Of a stretch of 64,000 nucleotides of DNA, positions 1 through 12,974 are shown in pieces (within the stretch, counting starts at the first letter, position 1; every line of letters starts with the position of its first letter). The DNA is from Mobula hypostoma (Eukaryota): assembly GCF_963921235.1 (NCBI RefSeq), contig NC_086108.1, positions 70,000,001 to 70,064,000 of the forward strand. Reading direction: 5' to 3'. The notes under the pieces are model-generated. The model saw nothing but the letters and a program-made list of their open reading frames with translations, had not been told where the DNA came from and made no database searches. Made by a program: the position numbers and the translations under genes.

Positions 1-750
1 TTCCCTCCTTTGATATTCCTCTTTATCTCCTCCATATTTATACTCATTGGTATCCCCGTGATCACTCCTTTACAACCACTATTTTGTGCTCCCACCCTCC
101 CAGTGTATTCCACCTTGCATTTTCCTATCTCTTTTAGCTTGAGTGCTTTCTCAAGTTGTTCCTCATTCGCACATCTTACCAATAAGTTGCCATCATTAAG
201 GACTTTTGCAAATACTATTTCCCCTATCTTTTTTGTCAGAGTTGTTGTTAGCACAAACGGGTTAATTTTCTTCATATGTCCCTGAGCCTTCTCATTAAAC
301 CTAATTATGACAACACCTCCTCTCTGAGCTTGTTCATCTTCCTCACTTTCAGAGCTTTCTCCACTATCATTTCTTATTCTTTTATTCCCTTTATTCATCC
401 GACTCCTCACTACCTCCTCATTCCCTTTATTTCTCCCTTCACAATAATCCACCTCTCTCCAGCTGCCTACCTCTGGTCCCAAGTCTCTATCCCTCTCCTT
501 CTCCACTTTCTTTCCCGCAACCCCGCCTCTTATCTGTCCACCATTACCGGACCCACACGACTCCCTCCCAGCAATTTCCGTTCCTTCCCCACTCTCTTTC
601 CCTCAACAGGTTCCAAACCACATTCACGCATCAAGCAAAACACAGCCAGCTTGGCCACGACTTCTGTGTTGGCAATGAAAATTTCAACTAATCCCATCTG
701 CTTGCACCTGGTCTACATTCCTCCATTCCCTGCCTGTTCATGTGCTTGTC
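1..750 (-). mobile_element. 5' end (UTR plus ORF1 start) of a Nimb/I-clade LINE, running off the window
   Basis: Minus frame reads ...HMKKINPFVLTTTLTKKIGEIVFAKVLNDGNLLVRCANEEQLEKALKL...GCKGVITGIP..., typical of I/Nimb ORF1, and is open to position 1. Confidence 0.65.
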
Positions 751-1074
751 TGTGTAAAAAAAAAAGCCCTGTAAATCTCCTTTAAATCTTCTCCCCTTCA
801 CCTTAAAACTATGTTCTCCTGTATTTGCCATTTCCACCCTTGAGGAAAGACTCCATCTGCCCTATCTATGCCTCTCATAAATTCTATAAACTTCAATTAG
901 GCCAGGCTAAACCACCAACACTACAGGTTTGTCTAACCTCTCCTTGTAACTAACAGGCTATGCTAATTGCTCTTCCTGCTCCATGCACTTCAAGTACAGC
1001 TGGTTACACTGAAGTATATGTGACAATTAAGCACTTGTAAGTTGGGCTATTCAATGAGAATCATGTAGTCTGTA

Positions 1075-1495
1075 CAGCTTCGGGCCTGTACTCGCTGGAG
1101 TTTAGAAGAATGAGAGAGAGGGGATCTGATTGAAACTTATCAAATATTGAAAGGCCTAGATAGAGTGGATGTGGAGAGGATGTTCCCTATAGTGGGGTGT
1201 CTCAGACCAGAGGGCATACCCTCAGAATGCAGGAGTGTCCATTTAATACAGTGATGGGAAGGGGTTTCTTTAGCCAGAGTGTAGTTTATCTGTGGAATTC
1301 ATTGCCACAGATGGCTCTGGAGGCCAAGTCATTGGCTATATTTAAAGTGGAAGTTGATAGGTTCTTTGATTAGTTATGGTGTCAAAGGTTAGATGGAGAA
1401 GGCTGAAGAATGGGGTTGAGAGAAATTTTAAAAAGCAGCCATGATTGAATGGCACAGCAGATTCAATGGGCCGAATGGCCTAATTCTGCTCCTAT
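1075..1495 (+). mobile_element. CR1 LINE 3' fragment
   Basis: Degenerate GLYSLEFRRMRGDL-type C-terminus and 3' UTR, similar to 35550-35975. Confidence 0.75.
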
Positions 1496-3214
1496 GTGGA
1501 ATGAAACAGACATTTTCCTTTGTCAGAAGTCTTGAAAGAAACCTTACCAGTTTTCATAACAAACAGAAAGAGATGGAAGACTTGTCTACCAATTCTCGGC
1601 AGTGACATGCAGTGAGTTGAAAAATAGTACAGAATGCCTGCAGACTATAATTTCCATTAGCATGCTTACACATAGTATGTTTCAGGTTGAGACTTTGCAT
1701 TAGGACTGCATTCTCAACGGACTATCCGGTTATAATGGTTATCCACAGTGCTTGTACTACAACAGCAACCATACTTGAGAAGTACTCCCTCAGCAGGACA
1801 GGACTCTTGGAAATCTAAAAGATGTGAAAATTTCCATATAAATGCATTTTTTCTCATTTCTTCCTTTGCGACATTTCCTCTTAATTTTCTGCTTATTTTT
1901 ACATAATTATCTCTCTGTTGCCAGTCAGACCCAGCTGCAATTTTGCATGTACAATTTGCAATTAATTATGCAAATAATATTAGTCTGGAAAAACAGAATG
2001 CTGGCAAGAGATTCTACTAGCAGAGCTAATCAAAGTGGAGGCAATTTTCACCTGGAAATTAAAATTACTCTCTTCGTGCAAATTACTCTCTTACTATCCC
2101 ATCAGTCTCACATCTAATTTTTCTATGTTCTTAATCAGTATCCAGCTCTGACCTGTGAAAACATCTTAAGGTTATTCTGCAATGCAAAAAGCTTTATATA
2201 AAGACAGACTATTTTTGCTACTGGTTTTGTAATTGTTTAATATAATGATATAAGAAACTGTCGCAGACCATGCAGTCACTTTAGCTTACTCCTTCACCCC
2301 ATGGTACACTGCCTGATCCATTTTGCTGCCCAATCACTATTACTTCTGATTCCTTTAGTAAATAAAAACGATTGATTTCAGCCTTGCATATCCCCTACAA
2401 CTGAACATGCACAGCCCTCTAATGTAAAGAAGTCCAATATTTGAAAATCCTTGGCATAAAGAAAATTCGAAGTGTTTCAGTCCCAAATGGCCAACTACTT
2501 ACTCTCCCCTACCTCTGGAATCAAACAGCCCTGCAGAATTTACTCCTGAGAGTAAATTCTGAGAGTTTTGTACATCACTTCCCTGAACTGACCTGGACTA
2601 ATTATAGACCGATCTGATATTGTCCATGCCTCTTCACTGGACAACCCCTTTGTCCCAAGAATAAATCCAATGGAAGTGTACAGCACAGTCCCCAAAACAA
2701 GCATATTCTTCTTTAGATATGGAGAACACAATTACACTGAATGCTCTGGTTGTTATTTCACAAAAGCCCTGTACAATCTCAGCAAGGGTTTATTATTGGA
2801 GTCCACCATTTCTGCTTATACAAATAGCCAACATACAATTTGCCTTCCAAAGCATGTTACAGAAGATCTTATAGTACGGAGAATGGGCGAGAATATGGCA
2901 GACAGCTCAGGAAAGTGGCTGTACTGAGCCTTTTTCCAGTTTTGACTTACCTTCTCTGCCAGGTCGTAAAAACAGAGGGATAGGTATTGGGAAAATTGGG
3001 TACTGAAACATTTTAATTACTACTCCTCTGATCAATGATGTTATCACTTCAGTTGCCAGGAAGTAGGTTCAGGGATGCAGTGTTAATGGCCTTTAATTAC
3101 CTACATGGAGAAAGAAGAGTGACACACATTCTGACACTCCATTTCCACACAACCTCTCATCCACCATACACCTTTAATACTTTCTTACTGAACATTCCAG
3201 ATTTAGCTAGTGTA

Positions 3215-3433
3215 ACACACATAAAAGTTGCTGGTGAACGCAGCAGGCCAGGCAGCATCTCTAGGAAGAGGTGCAGTCGACGTTTCAGGCCGAGACCCTT
3301 CGTCAGGACTGAAGGGTCTCGGCCTGAAACGTCGACTGCACCTCTTCCTAGAGATGCTGCCTGGCCTGCTGCGTTCACCAGCAACTTTTATGTGTGTTGC
3401 TTGAATTTCCAGCATCTGCAGAATTCCTGTTGT
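3215..3433. mobile_element. Short palindromic Penelope-like (pLTR-only) insertion with hammerhead ribozyme
   Basis: Arms 3214-3301 and 3311-3398 form a perfect inverted repeat, nearly identical to the Penelope 3' end at 18321-18454. 13-bp TSD tttagctagtgta at 3202-3214 and 3434-3446. Confidence 0.9.
3274..3310 (-). ncRNA. Minimal type-I hammerhead ribozyme (sense to RAB3B)
   Basis: Minus strand: agtc CTGACGA agggtctcggcct GAAA c GTC gactg. This gives the CUGANGA/GAAA core, helix II agg/cct, a GUC triplet and helix I agtc/gact. Confidence 0.8.
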
Positions 3434-4171
3434 TTTAGCTAGTGTAGTTGCTTTAATAACTGCATTTTTCTGTCTTTTAATAGTGCTCCCCATCATTGTT
3501 GGGCTACAGGAGCCCTTCCTGCACCCTTAATGATATCCAAAACAGGAAGATGGATCCAAGTTTCTGCAATATTAGAGGCATATTCACAGATGATTTCTTC
3601 AGAGAGGAGATCCCTCGTGCATCACAGATTGAGAACCTCTCCTGGTTTCAATGGTAAGAGGACAGTAAAGAGAAGTTTAATAAATTGCAAATGTGGAATA
3701 TTAACTTAATAGAATTTACAATAAGGGAAATTATAGTTGTGAAGTCTGATAATAGACTTACTTTTTCAGAATAATTTTAATTTACTGTAATATTTCTTCC
3801 TTTTATGCTTATCTTATAGTGGAAATTAAATTAGCCAGAGACATTTTTCTCCCAACATTCCAACTGCTCCAACAAACTTTGAGAGATTATTCACTTAATT
3901 TTGACAGGTTCTCTTTGAGTTCATTGGCACTTCCAGATTTAGCCCTTCATAATACTTCCTTTACAACTTCCCAAGATAAACCATGTTACAGCAATCACCT
4001 AAACAGTTAACTATAAAATCTTGATTTCCAATTCAGAAGGACTGAAAAGGTCCAGTCTCAAAAACATCAATATTAGCATCAGTTAGTAATATAGTAAGGT
4101 TTATAATGCAGTTGAATATTCGCTTTGTGCAGAAGTACATAACATTTAAACACATTAAAGAATAAATAAAA

Positions 4172-4177
4172 TTTATT
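4172..4177 (-). promoter_or_regulatory. Candidate proximal polyadenylation signal of RAB3B
   Basis: tttatt on plus is AATAAA on minus, about 135 nt after the stop codon. Usage unknown. Confidence 0.3.
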
Positions 4178-4310
4178 AGTTCTACCATCTGCATAATATT
4201 GAATGAATTGGCATTTGATTGCCTTCATAGCACATGCAACTACAATATAAAGAGAAACAGAAAGAAAAAAATAACAGGGAGAGGTTGGAGGTCACCAAGT
4301 TGAGAGGTCA

Positions 4311-4498
4311 CTAGCAGGCGCAATTCTGTTGCATTGAAGCTGGGTTGTCTGTCAGCCGTGTGTGCTTTCTCCCGCTGCCCATTGATGGATCAGACTCCAG
4401 GCTTTCTGACATTTTCTCACATATGATATCTACTAGACATTCAAAGACCTGCTTGACATTGATGTTTTCTTTGGCACTGACCTCAAAAAACTCAAATC
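4311..4498 (-). CDS. RAB3B: RAB3B last coding exon (188 bp including TAG)
   Basis: tttgacag acceptor, then (G)[64 protein letters not shown] prenylation end. The tail DPSM...TRL.D.P...QQNCxC resembles RAB3B more than RAB3A/C/D (from recall of the paralogues). Confidence 0.9.
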
Positions 4499-5623
4499 CT
4501 GTCAAAAGAAAAAACATACAATGTGATCCACAAGTATTTTTGTTGTTTTCATGTCTTGTAACCTGATGGGGAAAAATAGACAAGATCTACAATTATTATC
4601 CAGCATTTTAAAGAACACTTCATATAGGTAGGTTCACCTGCTCCATTTCAAAAAAAAATAATTTCACTGTAGATCAGAGTGTAGTGGTGTTTTCTTTTTG
4701 TGAGGAAATAAAGAAAGGAATCTGCTACTTTAGGGATTTTGATATCTGAATTGAAAGGTTGAACTTTCAGGTTAATGAGCTAGAACTGTTTCCTAGAGAA
4801 ATTTTTAATAGAGGCTTTGAGAATGGGTTTAATAGAGTAGACATGAAAAATTAGAGAATATATTTCTATCTGGGCAAGACCAAAATTAGGTAAACTATTA
4901 ACAAAGTGATTAGGATGTAGAATTTGCTATTATAATTATAGCTGAAGAAAGTAACAAAATATTTAAGGGTGTGTAAATATAGGAGAAATGAAAATTACGA
5001 TTTGCCGATAAGTGTTCAATGGAGTGAATGGTCTGGAAGAAGGCAAATATGAAGCAAATAAATCAGCATAACCACAGCTGAATAGTCCCTGTCTGGCTTT
5101 GTTTTCTTTCTTGTTTCTTGTCCCCTCCCATCCATCATTCATAACTAGACGTTGCTTACAACTTTCCAATCTTTGAACTTTTTTCCTCACTATCTCATTT
5201 TTATTTTTCTTTCAATGGTCCTTTATTTTCTTGAAGGCACTAACTTGTGCCATTGTAGAATGCCTTACTAAAGTCCATGTAGGCAAGACCCATGCCATGT
5301 CATCATCAATCATTTTTGTCACCTCCACAAAAAACTCAAGTTCATATGCTAGGTACATGTCAAGTATAACTATTCAGTTCCTCAGCCAGGTGATGATTCT
5401 GCATCTGTGAGCCTAGTGAAAGAAAGCTACCTAGAAGATCTGACCCAAAAATCCAGTCTTCAATCAAATCCATACAATTTTATAATGCAGCATTAGTTAA
5501 GTCATTTTCAAATTTTAAAAATGAGAGAAAATACACAGTTAACATAGAGAATAGTTCTGATGCAAGATCATCTATCTGCATGGAGAACATATAATGGTAC
5601 AACTGTGTAGTTAGCTATAGCTC

Positions 5624-6190
5624 AAATACCATCTATAAATTTGCTGATAATACAAAACCATTGTTGGCAGAATCTCAGAGGAAATAAGAGGGTGTACAGG
5701 AGTGAGATATGCCAACTAGTGGAGTGGTGCCGCAGCAACAACCTGGCACTCAACATCAGTAAGATGAAAGAGCTGATTGTGGACTTCAGGAAGGGTAAGA
5801 TGAAGGAACACGTACCAATCCTCATAGAGGAATCAGAAGTGGAGAGAGTGAACAGTTTCAAGTTTCTGGGTGTCAAGATCTCTGAGGACCTAACCTGGTC
5901 CCAACATATCAATGCAGCTATAAAGAAGGCAAGACAACGACTATACTTCATTAAGTGTTTGAAGAGATTTGGTATGTCAACAAATACACTCTTAAACTTC
6001 TATAGATGTACCGTGGAGAGCAGTCTGACAGGCTGCATCACTGGTATGGGGAGGGGCTACTGCACAGGACTGAAAGAAGCTGCAGAGGGTCGTAAATTTA
6101 GTCAGCTCCATCTTGAGTACTAGCCTACAAAGTACCCAGGACATTTTCAAGGAGCGGTGTCTTAGAAAGGCAGCGTCCACTATTAAGGAT
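5624..6190 (+). mobile_element. Rex1/Babar-type LINE RT C-terminal fragment
   Basis: LVEWCRSNNLALNISKMKELIVDFRKG...SFKFLGVKISEDLTWSQHI...KKARQRLYF. Near copy of 12975-13869. Confidence 0.8.
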
Positions 6191-6216
6191 TCTGACATTA
6201 CTATATCTGTATAAAC

Positions 6217-9200
6217 ACAGAACATAGAAATTTGCAGCACATTACAGGCCCTTCGGCCCACAATATTGTACCAACCATGTAACCTACTCTAGAGACTGGC
6301 TAGAATTTCCCTAGCACATAGCCCTCTATTTTTCTAAGCTCCATGTACCAATCTAAGAGGCTCTTAAGAGACCTCATTGCATCCGCTTCCACCACCCACC
6401 ATCGGCAGTGCATTCCACATACCCACCACTCTCTGTGTGAAAAAACTTACCCCTGACATCCCTTTGGTACTTCCAAGCAACTTAAAACTATGCCCCCTCG
6501 TGTTAGCCATTTCAGCCCTGGAAAAAAGCCTCTAGTGATCCACACAATCAATGCCCCTCATCCTCTTATACACCTCTATCAGGTCACCTCTCATCTTCCA
6601 TTGCTCCAAGGAGAAAAGGCCAAGTACACTCAACCTATTCTCATAAATTATACCCTCCAATCCAGGCAACACCCTTGGAAATCTCATCTGCACTCTCTCT
6701 ATAGTATCCACATCCTTCCTGTAGTGAGGTGACCAGAACTGAACACAGTCTCATTATTTCAAATATTTCTATCAGCCCCCAACATTCCAAAGAAAGTGCT
6801 CCAAAATCTCTGCTTATGGCTAATACTCTAATCAGGGCAACATGCTGATGAACCACTTCTGCAACTTATCCAAAGCCTCCACCTGTATTCCAAATGTGGC
6901 AGAAATGAAGTTTGTTTTTGCTGTTGCAACATGATTTCTTGACTTGTACTCAACAGCCTCAACATAACAGATGAACAAAAGTATGCCATACACTTTCTTT
7001 ACCATCCTATCTACTTGTGACATTTGTTTAGATTAAACTCTATCTTCCATTTCTCTGCCCTTATCTCCAACTTACCCATATCCTGCCATATCCTTTGTTA
7101 ACCTTTTTCACTATCTTTAAATCCACAAATTTTGTGTTTGCACACTTAGTCACCAGCCTAGTTTCATTTTTGTCTAAATACAAACAATAGAGATTTTTGT
7201 GGAACACCACTGGTCGCAAATCTCCAGTCAGAGAAACACCCCCCCCCCACCACAACACTTCAATATTGAGTCAATCTTGAATCTAATCTACCAAATGACC
7301 AAGATTCCAGTGTGTTTTCATCTTCTGGATAAGACTACAATGAGAGATCTTGTTGAATGCCTTAAAGTCCACGTAGCCAAGACCCAATGCTTTGTCCTCA
7401 TCAATCATTTTTGTCACCTCCTCAAAACATTTGTTCATGATTCATGATTCCCCCTGCACAAAGAGGAGAAGGATGTGGGGGTATCATAGGCTGAGATGCT
7501 ATCTAATAGAAATACCTAAAATAATGAGGAACATAGAGAGAGTAGGAGTTAGTTAGTCTTTTACCCAGTGCATAAATGTCAGATTCTGGAGGGCAGAGGT
7601 TTAAGGTGAGAGGGGGAAAGTTCAAAGGAGATGCGAAGGAAACTTTTTTAACACTGAGTGACGAGTTGTCTCATATGAACTTGACTGAGTTTTTTGAAGT
7701 TAAAGGTGATTGACGATGATAGAGCTATTAATGTTGTCTACAAGGATTTTAGTACAGCATTTGTCAAGGCCCCTCATGAGATGCTTATCCAGAAGATGAA
7801 GATGCCGAGGATCAACCCATTTGGATTTAAATTTACACTGGTTTGCCCATAGAAGACAGAACACTCTGTCGATGAGACTTAATCTGACGAAAGGTCTGTG
7901 ACTCGTGGTGTTCCACAAGGATCCACACTGGGACATCTATTTGTATTTTTTAAATTACTTGGATGAAACTAGATGGGTGAGTTAGTAAGTTTGCAGGTGA
8001 TTCAAACATTGCTAGCCTTGTCGAGAGCACAGAAAACTGGCAAAGGGTACAACAGGATTAAGAATCTGTTACAGATGTGGGCAGAGTTTAATCCAGCCAA
8101 ATTTGAAGTGTTGCATTTTGATGATCAAATGTAAAGAGGCAGTACACTGTCAATAACAAGACCCTTAACAGTGTTAATATGCAGAGGAATATTATCCATA
8201 GCTCCCTAAAAGCGGCTCCACAGGTTGATAGGGTTGTAAAGATGGCATATGGCATGCTTACCTTTAGTAACAAGAATTGAATTCAAGAGTCAGGAAGGTC
8301 TTTTTTAAAAATTCCAGTTAGACTGCATCTGGAGTATTGCATTCACTTCTGATCACCCCATTATAAGAAGGATGTTGCACCCTTAGAGAGGGTGCAGAAG
8401 AGGTTTTTCAGGACATTGCATGGATAATAGGCCATGTGCTAAAAGGAGAGGCTGGATGAATTTATGTTGTTTTCTCTGGAGCAGCAGTGGCTGAGGGGAG
8501 TTCAGAGAGAGGTTTATAAAATTATGAGATGCATAGATAGAGTAGACAACCAGTATCTTATTCCCAGGGTTGAAATGCCTAATATCAAAGAGCACACATT
8601 TAAGGTGAGAAGAGCTAAGTTGAAAGGAGATGTATGGGGCAAGTTTTTTTCACAGGGAGAGAGTATTCTAGGTGGGTACCTGAAATATGCTATCTTGGGT
8701 GGTAGTAGAGGCAAATACCACAGAGGCATTCAAGAAGATCTTAAGACAGAATGTGCAGGAAATGGAAGGATGTGGGTATTATGTAGACAGGAGGGATTAG
8801 TTTAGTTGGACATTTGATGACTAATTTAATTAGTTTGGCACAACATTGTGGGCTGAAGGGCATGTTCCTGTGCTGAACTGTTCTAGGTTTATGTTCAAAG
8901 TCATGCTGATAATCACTAATATGCCCGTGCTTTTCCAAATGCAAGTAAATCCTTTCCAATGGCTTCTCTAACACTGATAGCTTACTGTTCTATAATTTTA
9001 GGATTGTCCCTCCACTTCTTAAACAAAAGAACAACATTATCTTCTCTCCATTCCTCTGGGAGATCACCTGTGACCAAAGAGGGTACAAAAATCTCTATCT
9101 CGGAGCCAGCATTTTCCATTCTTGCCTTGTCAATAACCTGGGATGGACCCCATCAGGCCCTTATTGTTGCATCTTAATGCTCTCCATGAGGCTCAATATC

Positions 9201-9430
9201 TTCTGCTTCTCAATATTAATATCTAGAATATTAGCATATCCCCAATCTCACTCTTCCTCTCACTTAGAATCTCATCAACTTCCTCTGCCTCTGGTAATAA
9301 ATTACCTTTTTCCTCAAGTGATTCTATCCACTCCTGAGTTACGTCCTTGTTTTAATGTGTATAAAGCGCCTTGGGATTTTCCTTAATCATACTCGTCCTT
9401 GGAGAGTAGGATTAATTCGCATTTCATGCC
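6217..9430. mobile_element. Mosaic of degenerate CR1 LINE fragments in both orientations
   Basis: CR1 3' tail on minus at about 6220. Plus-strand remnant LFSLEQQWLRG...VYKIMRCIDRVD at 8464-8805. Many stops and frameshifts. Confidence 0.7.
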
Positions 9431-10329
9431 CCTTTTTGCCCTCCTGATTCCCTGTTTGTTTTCTTCTTTCTTTATATTCTTTAAGGGCCCTGTTGATTTC
9501 CGTTTCGCAACCTTACAAGTACACCTACTGATGACTTCATTCTGCCCTGCCTGTACCTGATCAACTGACCACTGAGTGTATGTTCATGGTTTTCTTCTGC
9601 TGTAGCCCGTTCACTTCATGGTTCGATGTGTTGTGCACTCAGAGATACTCTTCTGCACACCACTCTTGTAACATATGGTTATGAGTCGCTGTCACTGTCC
9701 TGTCAACTTGAAACAGTCTGCCCATTCTTCTCTGACCATCCTCATTAACAAGGCACTTTTTCCCCACAGAACTATCACTCACTGGATGTTCTTTTTCAGT
9801 TTCTTGCAGCATTCTCTGTAAACTCGAGAGAATTGTATGTGAAAACCCCAGGTATAATTGTTACCTTTTTGAAGCAAGTGGGAACTTCTGCCTGTAGCAG
9901 TAAGAGGTTGAAATTCTCCTTGAATACTCCCGCAGTTGGTTGGCACAAGTTTTTAGAGCCTTACCAGGTGCTCCATCGAGACATTCCACCTTGCGAGGAT
10001 TCACCCTCTTTAAAGACAGCCTAACATTGGTCTCTGAGATGTAGATCACAAGGTCACCAGGTGCAGCGGGAATCTTCACAGGGATCTAGGCTATAAGTTC
10101 AATTGCTTTACCAATAATACTCACTGCACTGCAATAAACACACTTCAGAATGTCAGTCCCATCCATTAGCCTGTCCTTGCCTGGGATTCCTATCAGATTT
10201 ACTTAACCATCACCTTCCATTTATGACCTGCTCCTCTAGTTCATACTCCTTGACATGCTTGTTTAAACTCCCCTGAGTGGCACTAGCAAACCTCTTGTCC
10301 TTACCTAACACCCCAGACCCTCCACATCC

Positions 10330-10740
10330 AACTCATTATCCTCTGCACCTTCCAACTTTATATTCCTGTTAGGCTCCAACCTGATGGCATGAACATCAAG
10401 TTCTCCTACCAGTTTTTTAAAAAAACCTCCCCCTCTCCTCTTCTTCTATTCCCCACTCTGGCATCTTACCTCTTCTCACCTGCCTATCACCTCCCCTGAG
10501 TCCCCTCTTCCTTTCTCCTGTGGTCCACTCTCCTCTCCTATCAGATTCCTTCCTCTCTAGCCCTTTATCTTTTCTCCCCATCTGGCTTCACCTATCTCTT
10601 TCCCCTACCCCTATCTATTTATTCATCCATCTTCCCCCTTCCTTTCCAGTTCTGAAGAAGAGTCTCGGCCTGAAACGTCAACTGTTTATTCATTTTATTG
10701 ATGTTGCCTGACCTGCTGAGTTCCTCCAGCATTTTGTGAT
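10330..10740 (+). mobile_element. Old Penelope-like 3' remnant with hammerhead at 10647-10684
   Basis: ctccaacctgatggcatgaacat (end of the GIY-YIG ORF), pyrimidine-rich UTR, then cagtt CTGAAGA agagtctcggcct GAAA c GTC aactg. Confidence 0.75.
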
Positions 10741-11127
10741 TTGCTCCCTGTAAGGATACTGGTACCTCTCCAGTTTAGGTGCAAACTCTCTATCTTGTAC
10801 GGACTCTGAAGAGAGCCAAATGATCCACATATCTGAAACTCCAGCCCCCATCAGATCCTTAATTACGTTCAGCTGGACTATTTTCATATGTATTTCTTGC
10901 TTTGCCTGTATGTGGCACAGGGATTGACCTTGAGATTAAAATTAATTTAGTTTTTTTGCCTATCCTTGAAGACTAGCTGACTTGAGCATTTCAGCATTCT
11001 TTCTTATTTTGGATTTAAAATAAGAAATCCGAATGTAATTTTGCATTCAGAAAGTTCTACAATAGCTCCTTTTATTCATTTGATGACACTTTTAAATGTC
11101 TGCAAATTAATTACCAATCATTCTCTT

Positions 11128-11384
11128 TTTTTGTGTGTATGCCATACTCTGCCAGAGCCTTGGCGACCACTTTTTCAAGTGGTTGACTTGGAGGAAAGAT
11201 TCTGTGAGTGGTCCCCCACGTCCTTCTCACAACGCAGTTTTCTTTTTTTACGAGGCTGAGATGCGAGCTTGACACTCAACCCAGCACAGATGGAAAGCGT
11301 GCCCGGGAGCGGCCTGACTGAGATTGAACTCGGGAACCTTCGCTCCGGAGTCCGGCGCTGATGTCACTGCGACACCAGCTGGCC
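11128..11384 (-). mobile_element. tRNA-derived SINE
   Basis: Minus strand begins ggccagctggtgtcgcagtga (A-box-like), has gagttcaatctc (B-box-like) and an A-rich tail. attctct occurs on both flanks. Confidence 0.7.
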
Positions 11385-11633
11385 TAATTCTCTATTAATC
11401 TTATCAAAACCACCAAATATTACATTTATTTTCATGCAAATTTTAACTTTTAATTATATATTGTGCTGCTAAAGGGTATGTGATGACTAAAAACAAAATT
11501 AATAAACAGAAGGTCCAACTATAATTATGCACTCAAAAAGGCTGAAGTTAAAAAATATCTAAGAGGATATTTTATGCTCCTGCAAGTCATAGCTCTAAAG
11601 TTGTCATCACACACAAACATATAAAATAGATTT

Positions 11634-12826
11634 CAGTTAAACCGTCTATTTGGGACAACTCCTAAAGAACAAAAACTAATCAAGAAAATAGCCAGGATTC
11701 CTTTCATTTATTTGCGACACTGTGCTGCTAAATTGGGACAAGAGACTGTTGCCGAACAGTTTCTAACAAGTGTCAGTCGTGTGCACTTGTGTGGCCATTA
11801 GACACTACACTGTGCTTAGAGTGAACTGTTTTTAAATAGCATCAGTTGCTGCATTAGTGTTCAACAAGCAGTGATTTTAGTCACCAATATTTGCAAGAAA
11901 TAGGAGTAAGAAAATTCAGAATGGTTTTGCTCTCTGTGGTTTCAAATATTCAAGCTTGGAGATGCCTGAAACGGCTGGGAGTGAAAATGAAACAACATCA
12001 CCATTTCAACAAAGTAGGAAATATGAAGAATTTGAAGATATTGACAATCATCTTGAATGTTATAATGAAAATACAGATTTGGAGGATGAAATTGTTGATA
12101 CCATGGTATGAAGGCAGTCCATTATCTGCACTCAGTGCCTGCGCTGATTTTCTTGCGAAGGGAGGGGTTGATGGGAAGCTGCAAGCCATGACAACAATTA
12201 TTGTCAGTGTCGCAGCTGAACGGTTCCCAGTAGAGGTTGGTTGTAGGGGATTCGCAGCCCGTTCCTTAGTTAGAACCTTCAGCAATTTGGGCATCGAGGG
12301 AGAGAGGAAGAGGAGAGCCATCCGTAGTACCACCGATGCGGCAGAGAAGGCCTCAAGATGGCTGTGGCTCAAAAGAGGGGAGCCATGGAGTCATAAGTAG
12401 CTAGCCATCTGGACACAAGCTGGGGTCTGATCAACCCCGGCTGGGTCACCTAGAGGAGGTCGTATGATGTCGAAAGACCCGAAACACCCGATGATTCCAG
12501 GAACATCACTGAAGATGTGTCCAGAAGCATCAGTAGATGTATGTACACAGTTTCATTTACAGTCAATCAAAAGACACAGTATGTACACTGGGTGAATTCT
12601 TCTGTCAATAACTAATAGAAACTAATACACAGTTTTATAGTAGTACTGGTATTGTTCTAATTTGTTCTGTACTTCAATTAAATACATAATTTGTTACTCA
12701 GTTAAGGTAGTCTGTCTCTTTTATACCCTTTTAATTATTTCCATGAAACTTTAGCTAATTGGGACAGCCGCTTAATTGGGCCAAAATGTGCTGGTCCCGA
12801 TGTGCCCAATTAACCGGAATCCACTT
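11634..12826. mobile_element. Non-autonomous Tigger/pogo-like DNA transposon remnant, interrupted at about 12152-12550
   Basis: Right end ...cccaattaaccggaatccact and repeated (a)attgggac subterminal motifs. Family assignment from recall. Confidence 0.5.
12152..12550 (+). mobile_element. Internally deleted Hero/NeSL-type (RLE endonuclease) non-LTR retrotransposon
   Basis: C-terminus PVEVGCRGFAARSL...AAEKASRWLWLKR followed by a structured 3' UTR, fused to the upstream motif KLQAMTTIIVSVAAERF. Confidence 0.65.
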
Positions 12827-12974
12827 TACCAAAGTAACAGATTAATGCAACATTAATTGGAAACTAATCATTCTGATAAGGATGTTTATATAGAAGATAG
12901 GGTTTTAAAGGCATTATACTTAAATCAACAGGGGATATTGCAGTCCTCATGGAAGACATAGGTTAAAATAGATA

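Noticed and set aside
10..785. Plus-strand ORFs of 91 and 169 aa
   Set aside because: Antisense shadows of the purine-rich LINE ORF1 on the minus strand.
2940..2995. Strong minus-strand splice donor (AAG/GTAAGT) downstream of RAB3B
   Set aside because: No convincing acceptor or reading frame; such motifs occur by chance.
4499..4583. N-terminal part of track ORF 4311-4583 (MSIFPHQ...FLLT)
   Set aside because: Intronic read-through upstream of the splice acceptor at 4499-4501.
12460..12500. SECIS element or true hammerhead in the Hero 3' UTR
   Set aside because: Spacing does not fit a SECIS and the CUGANGA core is absent (atgatgt).
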